A stretch of DNA of 64,000 nucleotides, taken from Eledone cirrhosa. Its lineage: Eukaryota. A program made the translations under genes and the position numbers. The notes under the pieces were generated by a model. The model was not told the DNA's origin. It did no database searches and saw only the letters and a list, made by a program, of their open reading frames with translations. Positions within the stretch are counted from its first letter, which is position 1. Every line of letters starts with the position of its first letter. Positions 25,311 through 41,696 of this stretch are shown one piece after another. The stretch lies in NCBI GenBank assembly GCA_964016885.1, contig OZ024752.1, forward strand, positions 30,318,001 to 30,382,000. The letters run 5' to 3'.

Positions 25311-26622
25311 ATATATATATATGTTCCTTCTTTTCACATCTTCAACCACAATTACGTTGCTATTGCTGCTGGCATTGCAAAATAGCTTCGATTTCTTTTT
25401 ACAATTTTATTTTACTTACTAATAATCCTTTTGATTAATGAATCCAACAATTAATTGATCATATTTCGGTAATCAATAGTAATGGAAATAATTTCATTCT
25501 TGAAATTTTGATATTTTCGTTTTTACTAATTTTTTTTTTTTCCATATCCATTATTTTCCCTTTTTATTTTCTCTGGCAGAATATTTGTTTTTTTTGTAAT
25601 TAGATAAAAAAAAAAATTTTTTTAGAGTGCAAAAAAAAAAAAGGAATAAAATATATTTTTGCTTAGTCTGTAAGTCTGTTCCTGCAAGTCTGTTTCCTTA
25701 ACATGAGGAAATCCTAGTCTTTCAGCTGAGAATTTTCCTCGTGTAAATTTAAAAAAAAATGTTGTCTTGTAAAAAGAATACATAATTTATTCACTAAGAT
25801 ATTATTTTTGTTTTGAAAAATTTTAGAATTTTTAAAATTGATCTTCAAAAACCAAATAATAATAATAATAATAATAAGTTTGACACATGTGAATCAGTAA
25901 AGGTGACAAGAGGCGATGAAATTAAGTGGTCGATTTGGATAAAACTATTGGATTCTTCTTTCAAAGAACCGGGAGTTGGTATTTGGTTTAAATCCCTTAA
26001 ATTGTTTTTTTCCGTAATGTCTAAAATAAATATTTCCCGGCGTGGAATATGTTTAGAGGTGTTTTTATTTTTCAGTGGTTTGTATTAGGACTGAAAAAAA
26101 AAAATATATATATATATAATGTGTTGTGGGAGAATATATACAAATATATAAAAATGAAATAGGAATATATATATATATGCGTTTGTATGTATATATAAAC
26201 TACGCTTATACATTTATGATTACACGTGTTTTCTTTTGTATGTATGTTTATGTCGAGAAGGTATTTTATTTAATTTTTTTTTTTTATTAGATTCCATTGT
26301 CATCTAAACAGTTGATTTTTCACACACACATTATAATATGGTGCTAGCTGTCAACTGTTATCAAAACACAAGCACGAGGTTGTTGAATTAGATCTACTAC
26401 TAATAACTACTATAATTCCCCTTTCCCACGTACTACATCCTGTATGTATGCGGGTGTATTTGAGGTATATATATGTGTATGTATGTGTGTATGTGTGTAT
26501 ATATATATATGTGTGTGTATGTATGTGTGTATATATATATATATATATGTGTGTATGTATGTGTGTATATATATGTGTGTATGTATGTGTGTATGTATAT
26601 ATATATATGTATGTATGTGTGT

Positions 26623-26656
<34 letters not shown>

Positions 26657-27439
26657 ATGTATGTGTGAATATATATATATATATATATATGTGTGTGTAT
26701 GTATGTGTGTATATATATATATGTGTGTGTGTGTGTGTCTGTGTGCATATATATATATGCCTCTACACATTGCTCGATCTGCTAAAAATAGCAGCCAAAT
26801 CTCCTTCAAATTAGTACTATCGCCATAAGGAAGGGAATATTGCATTCCTAGATAATATATTCATGCAGACAAGACAAGGCAGTCATGGTTGGAAAACCTT
26901 TGATCATATATATTGATCAGGGTTTTACCAGTTTTAAATTAGTAAGACCATTGTTCAGCAGCGTTCTCGATATTTTGGATAGTAGAGTGTAAATATATGA
27001 GAGAGAATGGGAACCCGACGGCAAGAACTGAGCCGTCGGACCCCGACGACTCTCTAATATATATTCATTCATTCAAAGCTGAATCTCCGTTAGTCGTTAC
27101 TCGGAGTTATCGATCCCATAAGTATGATTGATATTAGATTGTAATTAGAAACTCCGAGTAGCGACTCGCTAAGTCTTCCTTACCTTTCAATAATTATTAT
27201 TAGTCTACTCTATTAATTCTGTAAGAGTATTTTTTGCTGCCTTGCAGTTCACCCCAGAGAGCACACACACATAGCTATATATATATATATGCACACACAT
27301 GCATACATATATACGTACACATACACACACATATATATATATACGCGCGTGCGCACACGCACACACACACACATATATATGCACACGTACACACACACAC
27401 ACATATATATATACACGCACACGTACACACACACACACT

Positions 27440-27473
<34 letters not shown>

Positions 27474-27979
27474 CACATACACATATGTACGCACACAAAC
27501 ACACATAATATATAGATTTTTTTTTTACACCAGACCGGGGAGTAAATTAAAATAAACTTGTTTATTTTTTGTTTCTACAAGAAAAAAATGCAGGCATATT
27601 TTTCCCCTCACGTATTTCATGTATATTCTGGCACATCAAGCTACGGATTCCATTAGTGGTTAAGTCTGTGAAATCCATTGGAATTCATCTTTCTCCCCTC
27701 CTCTATTTACCGATCTCTTAGTATTCATTTATATAGTACTATTTGACGAGGAGGCGCACTCCCCTACATTTGCTCTTCTCCACTATGTCTCTCTCTCTCT
27801 CTCTCTCGATCAGCATCATATTCATCTAACCACACTGAATGCAAGTTACGCGCGCAAGCACACATATATATATTATATATACACACACACACATAAATAT
27901 ATATATATATATTATAAACATACACACACACATCTATACGGTCATCTGGTTCCTCCAGCCTCACGGCAACGGGCGACTA

Positions 27980-28362
27980 TGCACACACTGTGTGTGTGTG
28001 AAATATGTCCGAAGTCAATTTGCAACTGGCTAGCATTTCCTTATCTTTCTATCCTTATATATATATAACGAAGGAAATGTGGTAAGGAACCAGGTGGACC
28101 ATAACGCACCAAAGTACTCAATACTTAGGGTAGTAGAGTGGGTAATAGGAACAAGTAAGACCCCGACGGCTGAGCTCAAGCCGTTTCGACGGCTAATTCT
28201 GGACGAATTGAGTCCAGAATTAGCCGTCGAAACGGCTTGAGCTCAGCCGTCGGGGGCTTACTTGTTCTTTTATATATATATATATAAGGATAGAAAGATA
28301 AGGAATGCTAGCCAGTTGCAAATTGACTTCGGACATATTTCACACACACACACATAGTGTGT
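27980..28362. repeat. Nested palindrome: outer ~75 bp arms and an inner ~120 bp hairpin
   Basis: GAAATATGTCCGAAGTC...TTTCTATCCTTAT (~28000-28058) is mirrored at ~28283-28341. The inner GAACAAGTAAG...TCTGGAC-GAATTGA-GTCCAGA...CTTACTTGTTC spans 28149-28267. Confidence 0.9.
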
Positions 28363-28862
28363 GTATATATATATATATATATACACACACGCATACACAT
28401 ACATACACACATATATATATATTATTTACACTTTCCGATTGTGCAGCGCTTGTCTCAATTCCGATAGTTGTTCTTATCCAGCAAGCAAATCAATATCTGG
28501 GCAAGAATTTTGGATGGTGATGATAAAAATATCTATATGCACTATGATTGAACTCATCAATTTATTTATTTATTTGTTATATATTTATATATATTTATTA
28601 GTCGAACAATACGATACTAAATGCTTTCAGTAATTACTTTCATTTAATTAACGTGTAGGGAGAGGGAGCAACGGGTTGCTTTCATTTTGTTGTTTTGATT
28701 CTCTCGTTCGATTCGATTTATAGAAATGTGTTTGTGTTCTGTTATCTATCATCTAGCTGAAACCAAACAAAAATATAAAGAATAGATTGTAATATATATA
28801 TATATATATATAGCTTGATTAAATCTTAACCATTTAACATCTCAGGATATGTCATGTATCAT

Positions 28863-28943
28863 TATATTTTGTCTGATGAGGACGTACTGTTGTACATCCG
28901 AAATATGTATAACAGTACGTCCTCATCATATGTATAAAATGTA
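28863..28943 (+). ncRNA. Hammerhead ribozyme of the 17152 family, disrupted by a local inversion
   Basis: Same core as 17152-17210, but ACAGTACGTCCTCATCA (the reverse complement of its own core and stem II) is inserted right after the cleavage triplet. Confidence 0.75.
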
Positions 28944-29353
28944 ATTGATCTAAAGAACATCTATTTTATTAATACTTATATATATATATATATATATAAT
29001 TAAAAAGTCGAGTTAAAAACTCGCAATCATTCACTATAATTTATTGAGCTCAAGGAACAGATTCCGGGCTCTTTATAAATCAGCATATAGAGAGAAATAC
29101 ACATATATCTATGGTCATTAATCTCTATATGCTGATAGATATATATATATAATTGTTTCTATGTTTTGGCACAAGGCCAGCAAATACCCAGTACATTACG
29201 GGTACTTTATTTTATCGATCCCGTAAGGATGAAGGGCAAAGTTAATGATGTTGAAATTATTGTGTACAGTGCTCAGGTATATATATATGTATATATATTT
29301 ATGTATATGTGTGTATATATGTGTGTGTGTGTATATATATATGTGTGTGTGTG

Positions 29354-29421
<68 letters not shown>

Positions 29422-29437
29422 GTGTATGTATGTATGT

Positions 29438-29735
29438 ATCATCATTTCATCGTCCGCTTTTTCCCTGCTTGCAAGGGTGGGACGGGAACTGATTCTGGCT
29501 TGATTTCTACAGCTGGATGCCCTTCCTAACACCAACCTCATTTACAGTGAGTGCTGGGTGCTTTTTTGCCGTGGCACCTCCACGACCACTTTGCAGTGGA
29601 ATGATAGGGACCCCAGTCCCTATCATCTCAGTTCTACAGCTGAGTGAACTGGAGCAATGTGAAATAAAGTGTCTTGCTCAAGGAAACAACACATCACCCG
29701 GTCTGATAATTGAAGACCGGGTGATGTGTTGTTTC
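29438..29735 (-). mobile_element. SINE family B with an RTE-derived 3' tail
   Basis: Core CCTTGAGCAAGACACTTTATTTCAC, then GGTGCCACGGCAAAAAAGCACCCAGCAC...TTAGGAAGGGCATCCAGCTGTAGAAA...GGACGATGAAATGATGA. Confidence 0.75.
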
Positions 29736-30879
29736 CTTATGTATATATGTATATATGTATGTATATATGTATGTATATATATATGTATGTATTTATATAT
29801 GTATTTATATATGTATATATATATATGTATATGTATATATGTATGTATATATGTATGTATATATGTATGTATATATGTATGTATATATTTATATGTATAT
29901 ATATGTATGTATATATATATGTATGTGTATGTATGTATGTATATATGTGTATATATATGTATGTATATATATATGTATGTATATATGTATGTATATATGT
30001 ATGTATATATATATATGTATATATATATGTATATATGTATGTATATATGTATGTATATATGTATGTATATATATATGTATATATATATGTATATATATAT
30101 ATGTATATATATATGTATATATATATGTATATATATATGTATATATATATGTATATGTATATATATATGTATATATATATGTATATATATAGGTATATAT
30201 ATATGTATATATATATGTATATATATATGTATATTATATATGTATATATATATGCTATATATATATGTATATATATATGTATATATATATGTATGTATAT
30301 ATATATGTATATATATATGTATGTATATATATATGTATATATGTATGTATGTATATATGTATGTATGTATATATGTATATATGTATGTATGTATATATGT
30401 ATGTATATATGTATGTATATATATATATATGTATGTATATATATATGTATGTATATATATATGTATGTATATATATATGTATGTATATGTATATGTATAT
30501 GTATGTATATATGTATATGTATGTATGTATGTATATGTATGTATGTATGTATATATGTATATGTATGTATGTATATATGTATATGTATGTATGTATATAT
30601 GTATATATATGTATGTATATATGTATATATATGTATATATATGTATGTATATATGTATATATATGTATGTATATATGTATATATATGTATGTATATATGT
30701 ATATATATGTATGTATATATGTATATATATGTATGTATATATGTATATATATGTATGTATATATGTATATATATGTATGTATATATGTATATATATGTAT
30801 GTATATATGTATATATATGTATGTATATATGTATGTATATATGTATATATATGTATGTATATATGTATATATATATATG

Positions 30880-30910
<31 letters not shown>

Positions 30911-31008
30911 GTATATATGTATGTATGTATATATATATGTATGTATATATATATGTATGTATGTATGTATATATGTATGTATGTATATATATACATACAT
31001 ACATATAT

Positions 31009-31592
31009 GGTAACATGTATCCCAGTACAACCTGTCTCATGGTCGGGTCGTTGGCGACTAAACTGGCAACCCCACCAAGGTTTCTTGGTGAGGTGGGTGA
31101 CTTTGGACATCCTGCAGGACTAAAAACAAAACCTGTCAAAGGGCAAAGGAGCTCTTAAGAGTCAATGGCCATCCAAAATCACCGGGAGAGATGACCCCTT
31201 AGCCTTTGTCAAGGCAGAATTCTAGGAGAAGGAAAACTCTGATATAACACCTGCAACCCTGATGGTATCCAATGATGTTGACTTGTTCTTCTTTTTGGTA
31301 AATATCATCTTGGTTAAGAGAGTGGAACTGGCTTTGTGCAGTGCCTTTGCTCACTATAAAAGCTTCACGGCACAGGCATTGCTTTATATCTGGAGATCTC
31401 TCTGCACTTGTCGTCACATGGTACCATGGGCCCAGCACTATGTGCCAATAATTGTCACAAGTGTAGTGTTTGTACCAGAGTTTTCAAGTCGCTGGCTGGA
31501 CTAAAAAGTCACACTCGTTCAGCGCATCGGTAGGGGTTCTCCTACATGGATATAAAGTAGTGGCCGTACTCGGGGACGAGTTGGCAGCCACC
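31009..31592 (+). mobile_element. Non-autonomous bipartite RTE-like retroelement (5' UTR-like part plus 3' end with a C2H2 finger), copy 1
   Basis: 31456-31533 encodes [25 protein letters not shown] (C-x2-C-x3-F-x5-L-x2-H-x4-H); 3' hairpin CTCG-N4-CGAG; no RT sequence inside. Confidence 0.6.
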
Positions 31593-32621
31593 AGATATAT
31601 ATATATGTATATATATGTGTATATATGTGTATATATATGTATATATATGTATATATATATGTATATATATATGAATATATATATGTATATATATATGAAT
31701 ATATATATGTATATATATATGTATATATATATGTATATATATGTATATATATATGTATATGTATATATATGTATATATATATGTATATGTATATATATGT
31801 ATATATATATGTATATATATATGTATATATATATGTATATATATATGTATATATATATGTATATATATATGTATATATATATGTATGTATATGTATATAT
31901 ATATGTATATATATATGTATGTATATGTATATATGTATGTATATATGTATGTATATATATATGTATATATGTATGTATATATATATGTATATATATATGT
32001 ATATATATATGTATATATATATGTATATATGTATGTATATATGTATGTATATATATATGTATATATGTATGTATATATATATGTATATATGTATGTATAT
32101 ATGTATGTATATATGTATGTATATATGTATGTATATATATATGTATATATATATGTATATATATATGTATATATATATCTATATAGATATGTATATATAT
32201 ATGTATATATATATGTATATATATATCTATATAGATATGTATATAGATATGTATATATATATGTATATATTTATGTATATATATGTATGTATATATATAT
32301 ATGTATATATGTATGTATATATATGTATGTATGTATATATATATATGTATATATGTATGTATATATATATATGTATGTATGTATATGCATGTATATATAT
32401 GTATATATGTATATGCATGTATATATATGTATATATGTATATGTATGTATATATATGTATGTATATGTATATATATGTATATGTATGTATATATATATAT
32501 ATATGTATATGTATGTATATATATGTATATATGTATATGTATGTATATATATGTATATATGTATATGTATATATGTATATGTATATATATATATGTATAT
32601 ATATGTATGTATATATATGTG

Positions 32622-32652
<31 letters not shown>

Positions 32653-32979
32653 GTATATGTATATATGTATATGTATGTATGTATATATATATGTATGTAT
32701 GTATATATATGTATGTATATGTATATATATGTATATGTATATATATGTGTATGTATGTATATATGTATGTATATATATATGTATGTATGTATATATGTAT
32801 GTATGTATATATGTATGTATGTATATATGTATGTATGTATATATGTATGTATGTATATATGTATGTATGTATATATGTATGTATATATGTATATATATAT
32901 GTATGTATATATGTATATATGTATGTATGTATATATGTATATATATATGTATATATATATATATGTATATATATATATG

Positions 32980-33010
<31 letters not shown>

Positions 33011-33049
33011 GTATATATATATGTATATATATATATATGTATATATATG

Positions 33050-33080
<31 letters not shown>

Positions 33081-33736
33081 GTATATATATATATTATAGT
33101 ATATTATATATATATATGTATATATATATGTATATATATATATATGTATATATATATGTATATATGTATATATATATATATGTATATATATATGTATATA
33201 TATGTATATATATATATATATGTATATATATATGTATATTATATATATATGTATATATATATGTATATATATATATGTATATATATGTATATATATGTAT
33301 ATATATATATATGTATATATATGTATATATATATATATATGTATATATATGTATATATATGTATATATGTATATATATGTATATATATGTATATATATAT
33401 ATATATGTATATATATATGTATATATATATATGTATATATATATGTATATATATATATATGTATATATATATGTATGTATATATATATATGTATATATAT
33501 ATGTATATATATGTATATATATATATGTATATATATATGTATATATATATGTATATATATATGTATATATATATGTATATATATATAGTATATATATATA
33601 TATGTATATATATATGTATATATATATATGTATATTATATATATGTATATATATATGTATAAATATATATAATGTATATATATATATATGTATATGTATA
33701 TATTATATATATGTATATATATATATATATGTATAT

Positions 33737-33767
<31 letters not shown>

Positions 33768-34101
33768 GTATATATATATGTATATGTATATATATATGTA
33801 TATATATATATATATATGTATAGATATATATATATGTATATATATATGTATAGATATATATATATGTATATATATATGTATAGATATATATATATGTATA
33901 TATATATGTATAGATATATATATATGTATAGATATATATATATGTATATATATATGTATATATATATATATATATGTATATATATTATATATGTATATAT
34001 ATATGTATATATGTATATATATATGTATAGATATATATATATGTATAGATATATATATATGTATAGATATATATATATGTATAGATATATATATATGTAT
34101 A

Positions 34102-34135
<34 letters not shown>

Positions 34136-34240
34136 GTATATATATATGTATATGTATATATATATGTATAGATATATATATATGTATATATATATATATA
34201 TGTATATATATATGTATATATATATATATATGTATATATG

Positions 34241-34273
<33 letters not shown>

Positions 34274-34306
34274 GTATGTATATATATATATATATGTATA
34301 TATATG

Positions 34307-34373
<67 letters not shown>

Positions 34374-34409
34374 GTATATATATGTAATATATATATATGT
34401 ATATATATG

Positions 34410-34440
<31 letters not shown>

Positions 34441-34451
34441 GTATATATATG

Positions 34452-34550
<99 letters not shown>

Positions 34551-34592
34551 GTATATATATATTATATATGTATATATATATATATGTATATG

Positions 34593-34687
<95 letters not shown>

Positions 34688-34705
34688 GTATATATATATA
34701 ATATG

Positions 34706-34740
<35 letters not shown>

Positions 34741-34826
34741 GTGTATATATATATATGTATATATATATATGTATATATATATATATGTAATATATATATA
34801 TATGTATATATATATATATGTATATG

Positions 34827-34871
<45 letters not shown>

Positions 34872-34928
34872 GTATATATATATATGTATATATATATATG
34901 TATATATATATATGTATGTATATATATG

Positions 34929-34979
<51 letters not shown>

Positions 34980-35006
34980 TTATATGTATATATATATGTA
35001 TATATA

Positions 35007-35039
<33 letters not shown>

Positions 35040-35096
35040 ATATATATATATATATGTATATATAATATATGTATATATATATGTATATATATATTG

Positions 35097-35127
<31 letters not shown>

Positions 35128-35190
35128 GTATATATATATGTATATATATATGTATATATATATGTATATATATATGTATATATATATATG

Positions 35191-35287
<97 letters not shown>

Positions 35288-35376
35288 GTATATATATATA
35301 TGTATATATATATATATGTTTATATATATATGTATATATATATATATGTATATATATATATGTATATATATATATG

Positions 35377-35409
<33 letters not shown>

Positions 35410-35426
35410 GTATATATGTATATATG

Positions 35427-35507
<81 letters not shown>

Positions 35508-35511
35508 GTAT

Positions 35512-35592
<81 letters not shown>

Positions 35593-35651
35593 GTATATAT
35601 ATATATGTATATATATATATGTATATATATATATGTATATGTATATATATG

Positions 35652-35814
<163 letters not shown>

Positions 35815-35837
35815 GTATTATATATTATATATATATG

Positions 35838-35886
<49 letters not shown>

Positions 35887-35914
35887 GTATATATATATAT
35901 GTATATGTATATAG

Positions 35915-35947
<33 letters not shown>

Positions 35948-35948
35948 G

Positions 35949-35995
<47 letters not shown>

Positions 35996-36014
35996 GTATA
36001 TATAATATATATGT

Positions 36015-36079
<65 letters not shown>

Positions 36080-36155
36080 GATATATATATATATATGTAT
36101 ATATATATATGTATATATATATATATGTATATATATATATGTATATATATATATG

Positions 36156-36254
<99 letters not shown>

Positions 36255-36354
36255 GTATATTATATATATGTATATATATATATGTATATATATATATGTA
36301 TATATATATATGTATAATATATATGTATATATATATATGTAATATATATATATG

Positions 36355-36401
<47 letters not shown>

Positions 36402-36465
36402 GTATATATATATGTATATATGTATGTATATATGTATATATGTATATGTATATGTGTATGTATTG

Positions 36466-37072
36466 TTGTCAGGTCACCAGTTGGTGCTACTGGGTAACAT
36501 GTATCCCAGTACAACCTTTCTCATGGTCGGGTCGTTGGCGACTAACTGGCAACCCCACCAAGGTTTCTTGGTGAGGAGGGTGACTTTGGACATCCTGCAG
36601 GACTAAAAACAAGACCTGTCAAAGGGCAAAGGAGCTCTTAAAAGTCAATGGCCATCCAAAATCACAGGGAAAGATGACCCCTTAGCCTTTGTCAAGGCAG
36701 AATTCTAGGAGAAGGAAAACTCTGATATAACACCTGCAACTCTGATGGTATCCAATGATGTTGACTTGTTCTTCTTTTTGGTAAATATCATCTTGGTTAA
36801 GAGAGTGGGACTGGCTTTGTGCAGTGCCTTTGCTCACTACAAAAGCTTCACGGCACAGGCATTGCTTTATATCTGGAGATATCTCTGCACTTGTCATCAC
36901 ATGTACCATGGGCCCAGCACTATATGTCAATAATGGTCACCAGTGGGGTGTTTGTGCAGAGTTTTCAAGTCGCTGGCTGGACTAAAAAGTCACACTCGTT
37001 CAGCGCATCGGTAGGGGTTCTCCTACATGGATATAAAGTAGTGGCCGTACTCGAAAACGAGTTGGCAGCCAC
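36466..37072 (+). mobile_element. Same bipartite element, copy 2
   Basis: Highly similar to 31009-31592; flanked by TA repeats. Confidence 0.65.
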
Positions 37073-37786
37073 CATATATGTACGTAGATATATGTATGTA
37101 TATAATATATATATATGTATGTAGATATATGTATGTATATAATATATATATGTATGTAGATATATATGTATGTATATATATATGTATGTATGTATATATA
37201 TATATATGTATGTATGTATGTATATATATATATATGTATGTATATATATATGTATGTATGTATATATTATATATATATGTATGTATATATATATGTATGT
37301 ATATATATATATAATGTATGTATATATATATGTATGTATATATATATGTATGTATATATATATGTATGTATATATATATATGTATGTATATATATATGTA
37401 TGTATATATATATGTATATGTATGTATATATATATGTATGTATATATATATGTATATGTATGTATATATATATGTATATATATATATATATATGTATATG
37501 TATGTATATATATATGTATATATATATGTATATATATATGTATGTATATATATATGTATATATTATATGTATATATATATATATATGTATGTATATATAT
37601 ATGTATGTATATATATATGTATGTATATATATATATATGTATGTATATATATATATATATGTATGTATATATATATATATATATGTATGTATATATATAT
37701 ATATATGTATGTATATATATATATATATGTATGTATATATATATATATATGTATGTATATATATATAAATATATGTATGTATATAT

Positions 37787-37827
<41 letters not shown>

Positions 37828-37828
37828 T

Positions 37829-37986
37829 TGGTGTTAGGAAGGGCATCCAACTGTAGAAAACCCGCCAGACAGTCCTATGCGAGCAAGACAACCACTCTTG
37901 CCTCAAGTGAGGAAAAACCCCCGTCCAAACCCATGCAAGCGTGGAACACGGACGTTAAACCTGATGATGATGATGATGATGATGAT
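37829..37986 (+). mobile_element. RTE/SINE 3' tail fragment, duplicated at 40511-40664
   Basis: GGTGTTAGGAAGGGCATCCAACTGTAGAAAA...CCATGCAAGCGTGGAACACGGACGTTAAACC(TGA)n. Confidence 0.75.
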
Positions 37987-38260
37987 ATGTATGTATATAT
38001 ATATGTATGTATATATATATATATATGTATGTATATATATATATATATATGTATGTATATATATATATATGTATGTGTATATATATATGTATGTGTATAT
38101 ATATATGTATGTATATATATATATATATGTATGTGTATATATATATGTATGTGTATATATATATGTATGTATATATATATGTATGTATATATATATATAT
38201 GTATGTGTATATATATATGTATGTATATATATATATGTATGTATTTATATATATGTATGT

Positions 38261-38300
<40 letters not shown>

Positions 38301-38322
38301 TATATGTATGTATATATATATG

Positions 38323-38382
<60 letters not shown>

Positions 38383-38488
38383 CATATATATGTATATATA
38401 TGTAGGAGGTGAGTTTTATTGTAGTACATATGTTGATTTAAAACTGCACTATCCACAAGTGTTTTTTAGCCTTCATATCATGTTCTCC

Positions 38489-38559
38489 TGTTTTATCTGA
38501 TGAAAACACAAATATTATTGCATGATGATGTTTCTTTTTGAAATGCGCATAATAAAATA
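38489..38559 (+). ncRNA. Type I hammerhead ribozyme, 22014 family, in island 38401-38597
   Basis: TGTTTTAT-CUGAUGA-AAACACAAATATTATTGCATGATGATGTTTCTTTTT-GAAA-TGCGC-AUA-ATAAAATA. Confidence 0.75.
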
Positions 38560-38929
38560 CATGGAACTCCTTTAACCATCTTTTGATCTTATATTATGTA
38601 TATATATATATATATATGTATGTATATATGTATATATATATATATATATATGTATGTATATATATATGTATATTATATATATGTATATATATATATGTAT
38701 ATATATATATGTATATATATATATGTAATAGTATATATATGTATATATATATATGTATATATAAATATGTATATATATATATGTATATATATATATATGT
38801 ATATATATATGTATATATATATATATGTATATATATATGTATATATATATATATGTATATATGTATGTATGTATATACATACATATATATACATACATAC
38901 ATATATGTATATATATATGTATATATATG

Positions 38930-38960
<31 letters not shown>

Positions 38961-39183
38961 GTATGTGTATATATATGCATGTATGTATGTATATTATATA
39001 TGTATATATATAATGTATATATATATATGTATATATATGTATATATATATATATGTTATATATATATGTATATATATATATGTATATTATATATATATGT
39101 ATGTATATGTATATATATGTATATATATATATATGTATATATATGTATATATGTATGTATATATATGTATATATATATGTATA

Positions 39184-39298
<115 letters not shown>

Positions 39299-39475
39299 GT
39301 ATATACTATATATATATATTTATATGTATGTATATAAATATATAATATATATATATTTATATGTATGTATATATATATATATATGTATATATATATTTAT
39401 ATGTATGTATATTAAATATATATATGTATATATATATTTATATGTACTGTATATATATATATATATTATGTATAT

Positions 39476-40212
39476 CAGGTCACCAGTTGGTGCTACTGGT
39501 AACATGTATCCCAGTACAATCTGTCCCATGGTCCGGGTCGTTGGCGACTAAACTNNNNNNNNNNNNNNNNNNNNNNNNNNNNNNNNNNNNNNNNNNNNNN
39601 NNNNNNNNNNNNNNNNNNNNNNNNNNNNNNNNNNNNNNNNNNNNNNNNNNNNNNNNNNNNNNNNNNNNNNNNNNNNNNNNNNNNNNNNNNNNNNNNNNNN
39701 NNNNNNNNNNNNNNNNNNNNNNNNNNNNNNNNNNNNNNNNNNNNNNNNNNNNNNCCTGTCAAAGGGCAAAGGAGCTCTTAAAAGTCAATGGCCATCCAAA
39801 ATCACAGGGAAAGATGACCCCTTAGCCTTTGTCAAGGCAGAATTCTAGGAGAAGGAAAACTCTGATATAACACCTGCAACCCTGATGGTATCCAATGATG
39901 TTGACTTGTTCTTCTTTTTGGTAAATATCATCTTGGTTAAGAGAGTGGGACTGGCTTTGTGCAGTGCCTTTGCTCACTACAAAAGCTTCACGGCACAGGC
40001 ATTGCTTTATATCTGGAGATATCTCTGCACTTGTCATCACATGTACCATGGGCCCAGCACTATATGTCAATAATGGTCACCAGTGGGGTGTTTGTGCCAG
40101 AGTTTTCAAGTCGCTGGCTGGACTAAAAAGTCACACTCGATCAGCGCATCGGTAGGGTTCTCCTACATGGATATAAAGTAGTGGCCGTACTCGAAAACGA
40201 GTTGGCAGCCAC
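39476..40212 (+). mobile_element. Bipartite element, copy 3, spanning the assembly gap
   Basis: Both sides of the N run match copy 2 in the same order. Confidence 0.6.
39555..39754. other. Assembly gap (200 N)
   Basis: Run of N. Confidence 1.
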
Positions 40213-40430
40213 CATATATGTACGTAGATATATGTATGTATATATATATATATATATGTATGTAGATATATGTATGTATATATATATGTATGTATGTATC
40301 TATATATATATGTATGTATATATATATATATATATGTATGTATATATATATGTATGTATATATGTATATATATATATGTATGTATATATATATGTATGTA
40401 TATATATATGTATGTATATATATATGTATG

Positions 40431-40463
<33 letters not shown>

Positions 40464-40468
40464 GTTAT

Positions 40469-40509
<41 letters not shown>

Positions 40510-40687
40510 TTGGTGTTAGGAAGGGCATCCAACTGTAGAAAACCCGCAGACAGTCCTATGCGAGTAAGACAACCACTCTTGCCTCAAGTGGAAAACCCCC
40601 GTCCAAACCCATGCAAGCGTGGAACACGGACGCTAAACCTGATGATGATGATGATGATGATGATATGTATGTATATATATATGTATG

Positions 40688-40738
<51 letters not shown>

Positions 40739-40899
40739 GTATGTGTATATATATATATATGTATGTGTATATATATATATATGTATGTGTATATATATAT
40801 GTATTGTATATATATATGTATGTATATATATATATATGTATGTATATATATATATATGTATGTGTATATATATATGTATGTATATATATATATGTATGT

Positions 40900-40954
<55 letters not shown>

Positions 40955-41196
40955 TATGTATGTATATATATATGTATGTATATATATATATGTATATATA
41001 TATATATGTATGTATATATATATGTATGTATATATATATGTATGTATATATATATGTATGTATATATATATATATATATGTATATATATACATATATATG
41101 TATATATATGTAGGAGGTGAGTTTTATTGTAGTACATATGTTGATTTAAAACTGCACTATCCACAAGTGTTTTTTAGCCTTCATATCATGTTCTCC

Positions 41197-41267
41197 TGTT
41201 TTATCTGATGAAAACACAAATATTATTGCATGATGATGTTTCTTTTTGAAATGCGCATAATAAAATA
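41197..41267 (+). ncRNA. Type I hammerhead ribozyme, duplicate of 38489-38559
   Basis: Same sequence, in island 41109-41305. Confidence 0.72.
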
Positions 41268-41471
41268 CATGGAACTCCTTTAACCATCTTTTGATCTTAT
41301 ATTATGTATATATATATATATATATATGTATGTATATATGTATAATATATATATATATATATATATGTATGTATATATATATATGTATATATATATATGT
41401 ATGTATATATATATATGTATATATATATATGTATGTATATATATATATGTATGTATATATATATATGTATG

Positions 41472-41596
<125 letters not shown>

Positions 41597-41597
41597 G

Positions 41598-41640
<43 letters not shown>

Positions 41641-41663
41641 GTATATATATATGTATATATATG

Positions 41664-41696
<33 letters not shown>

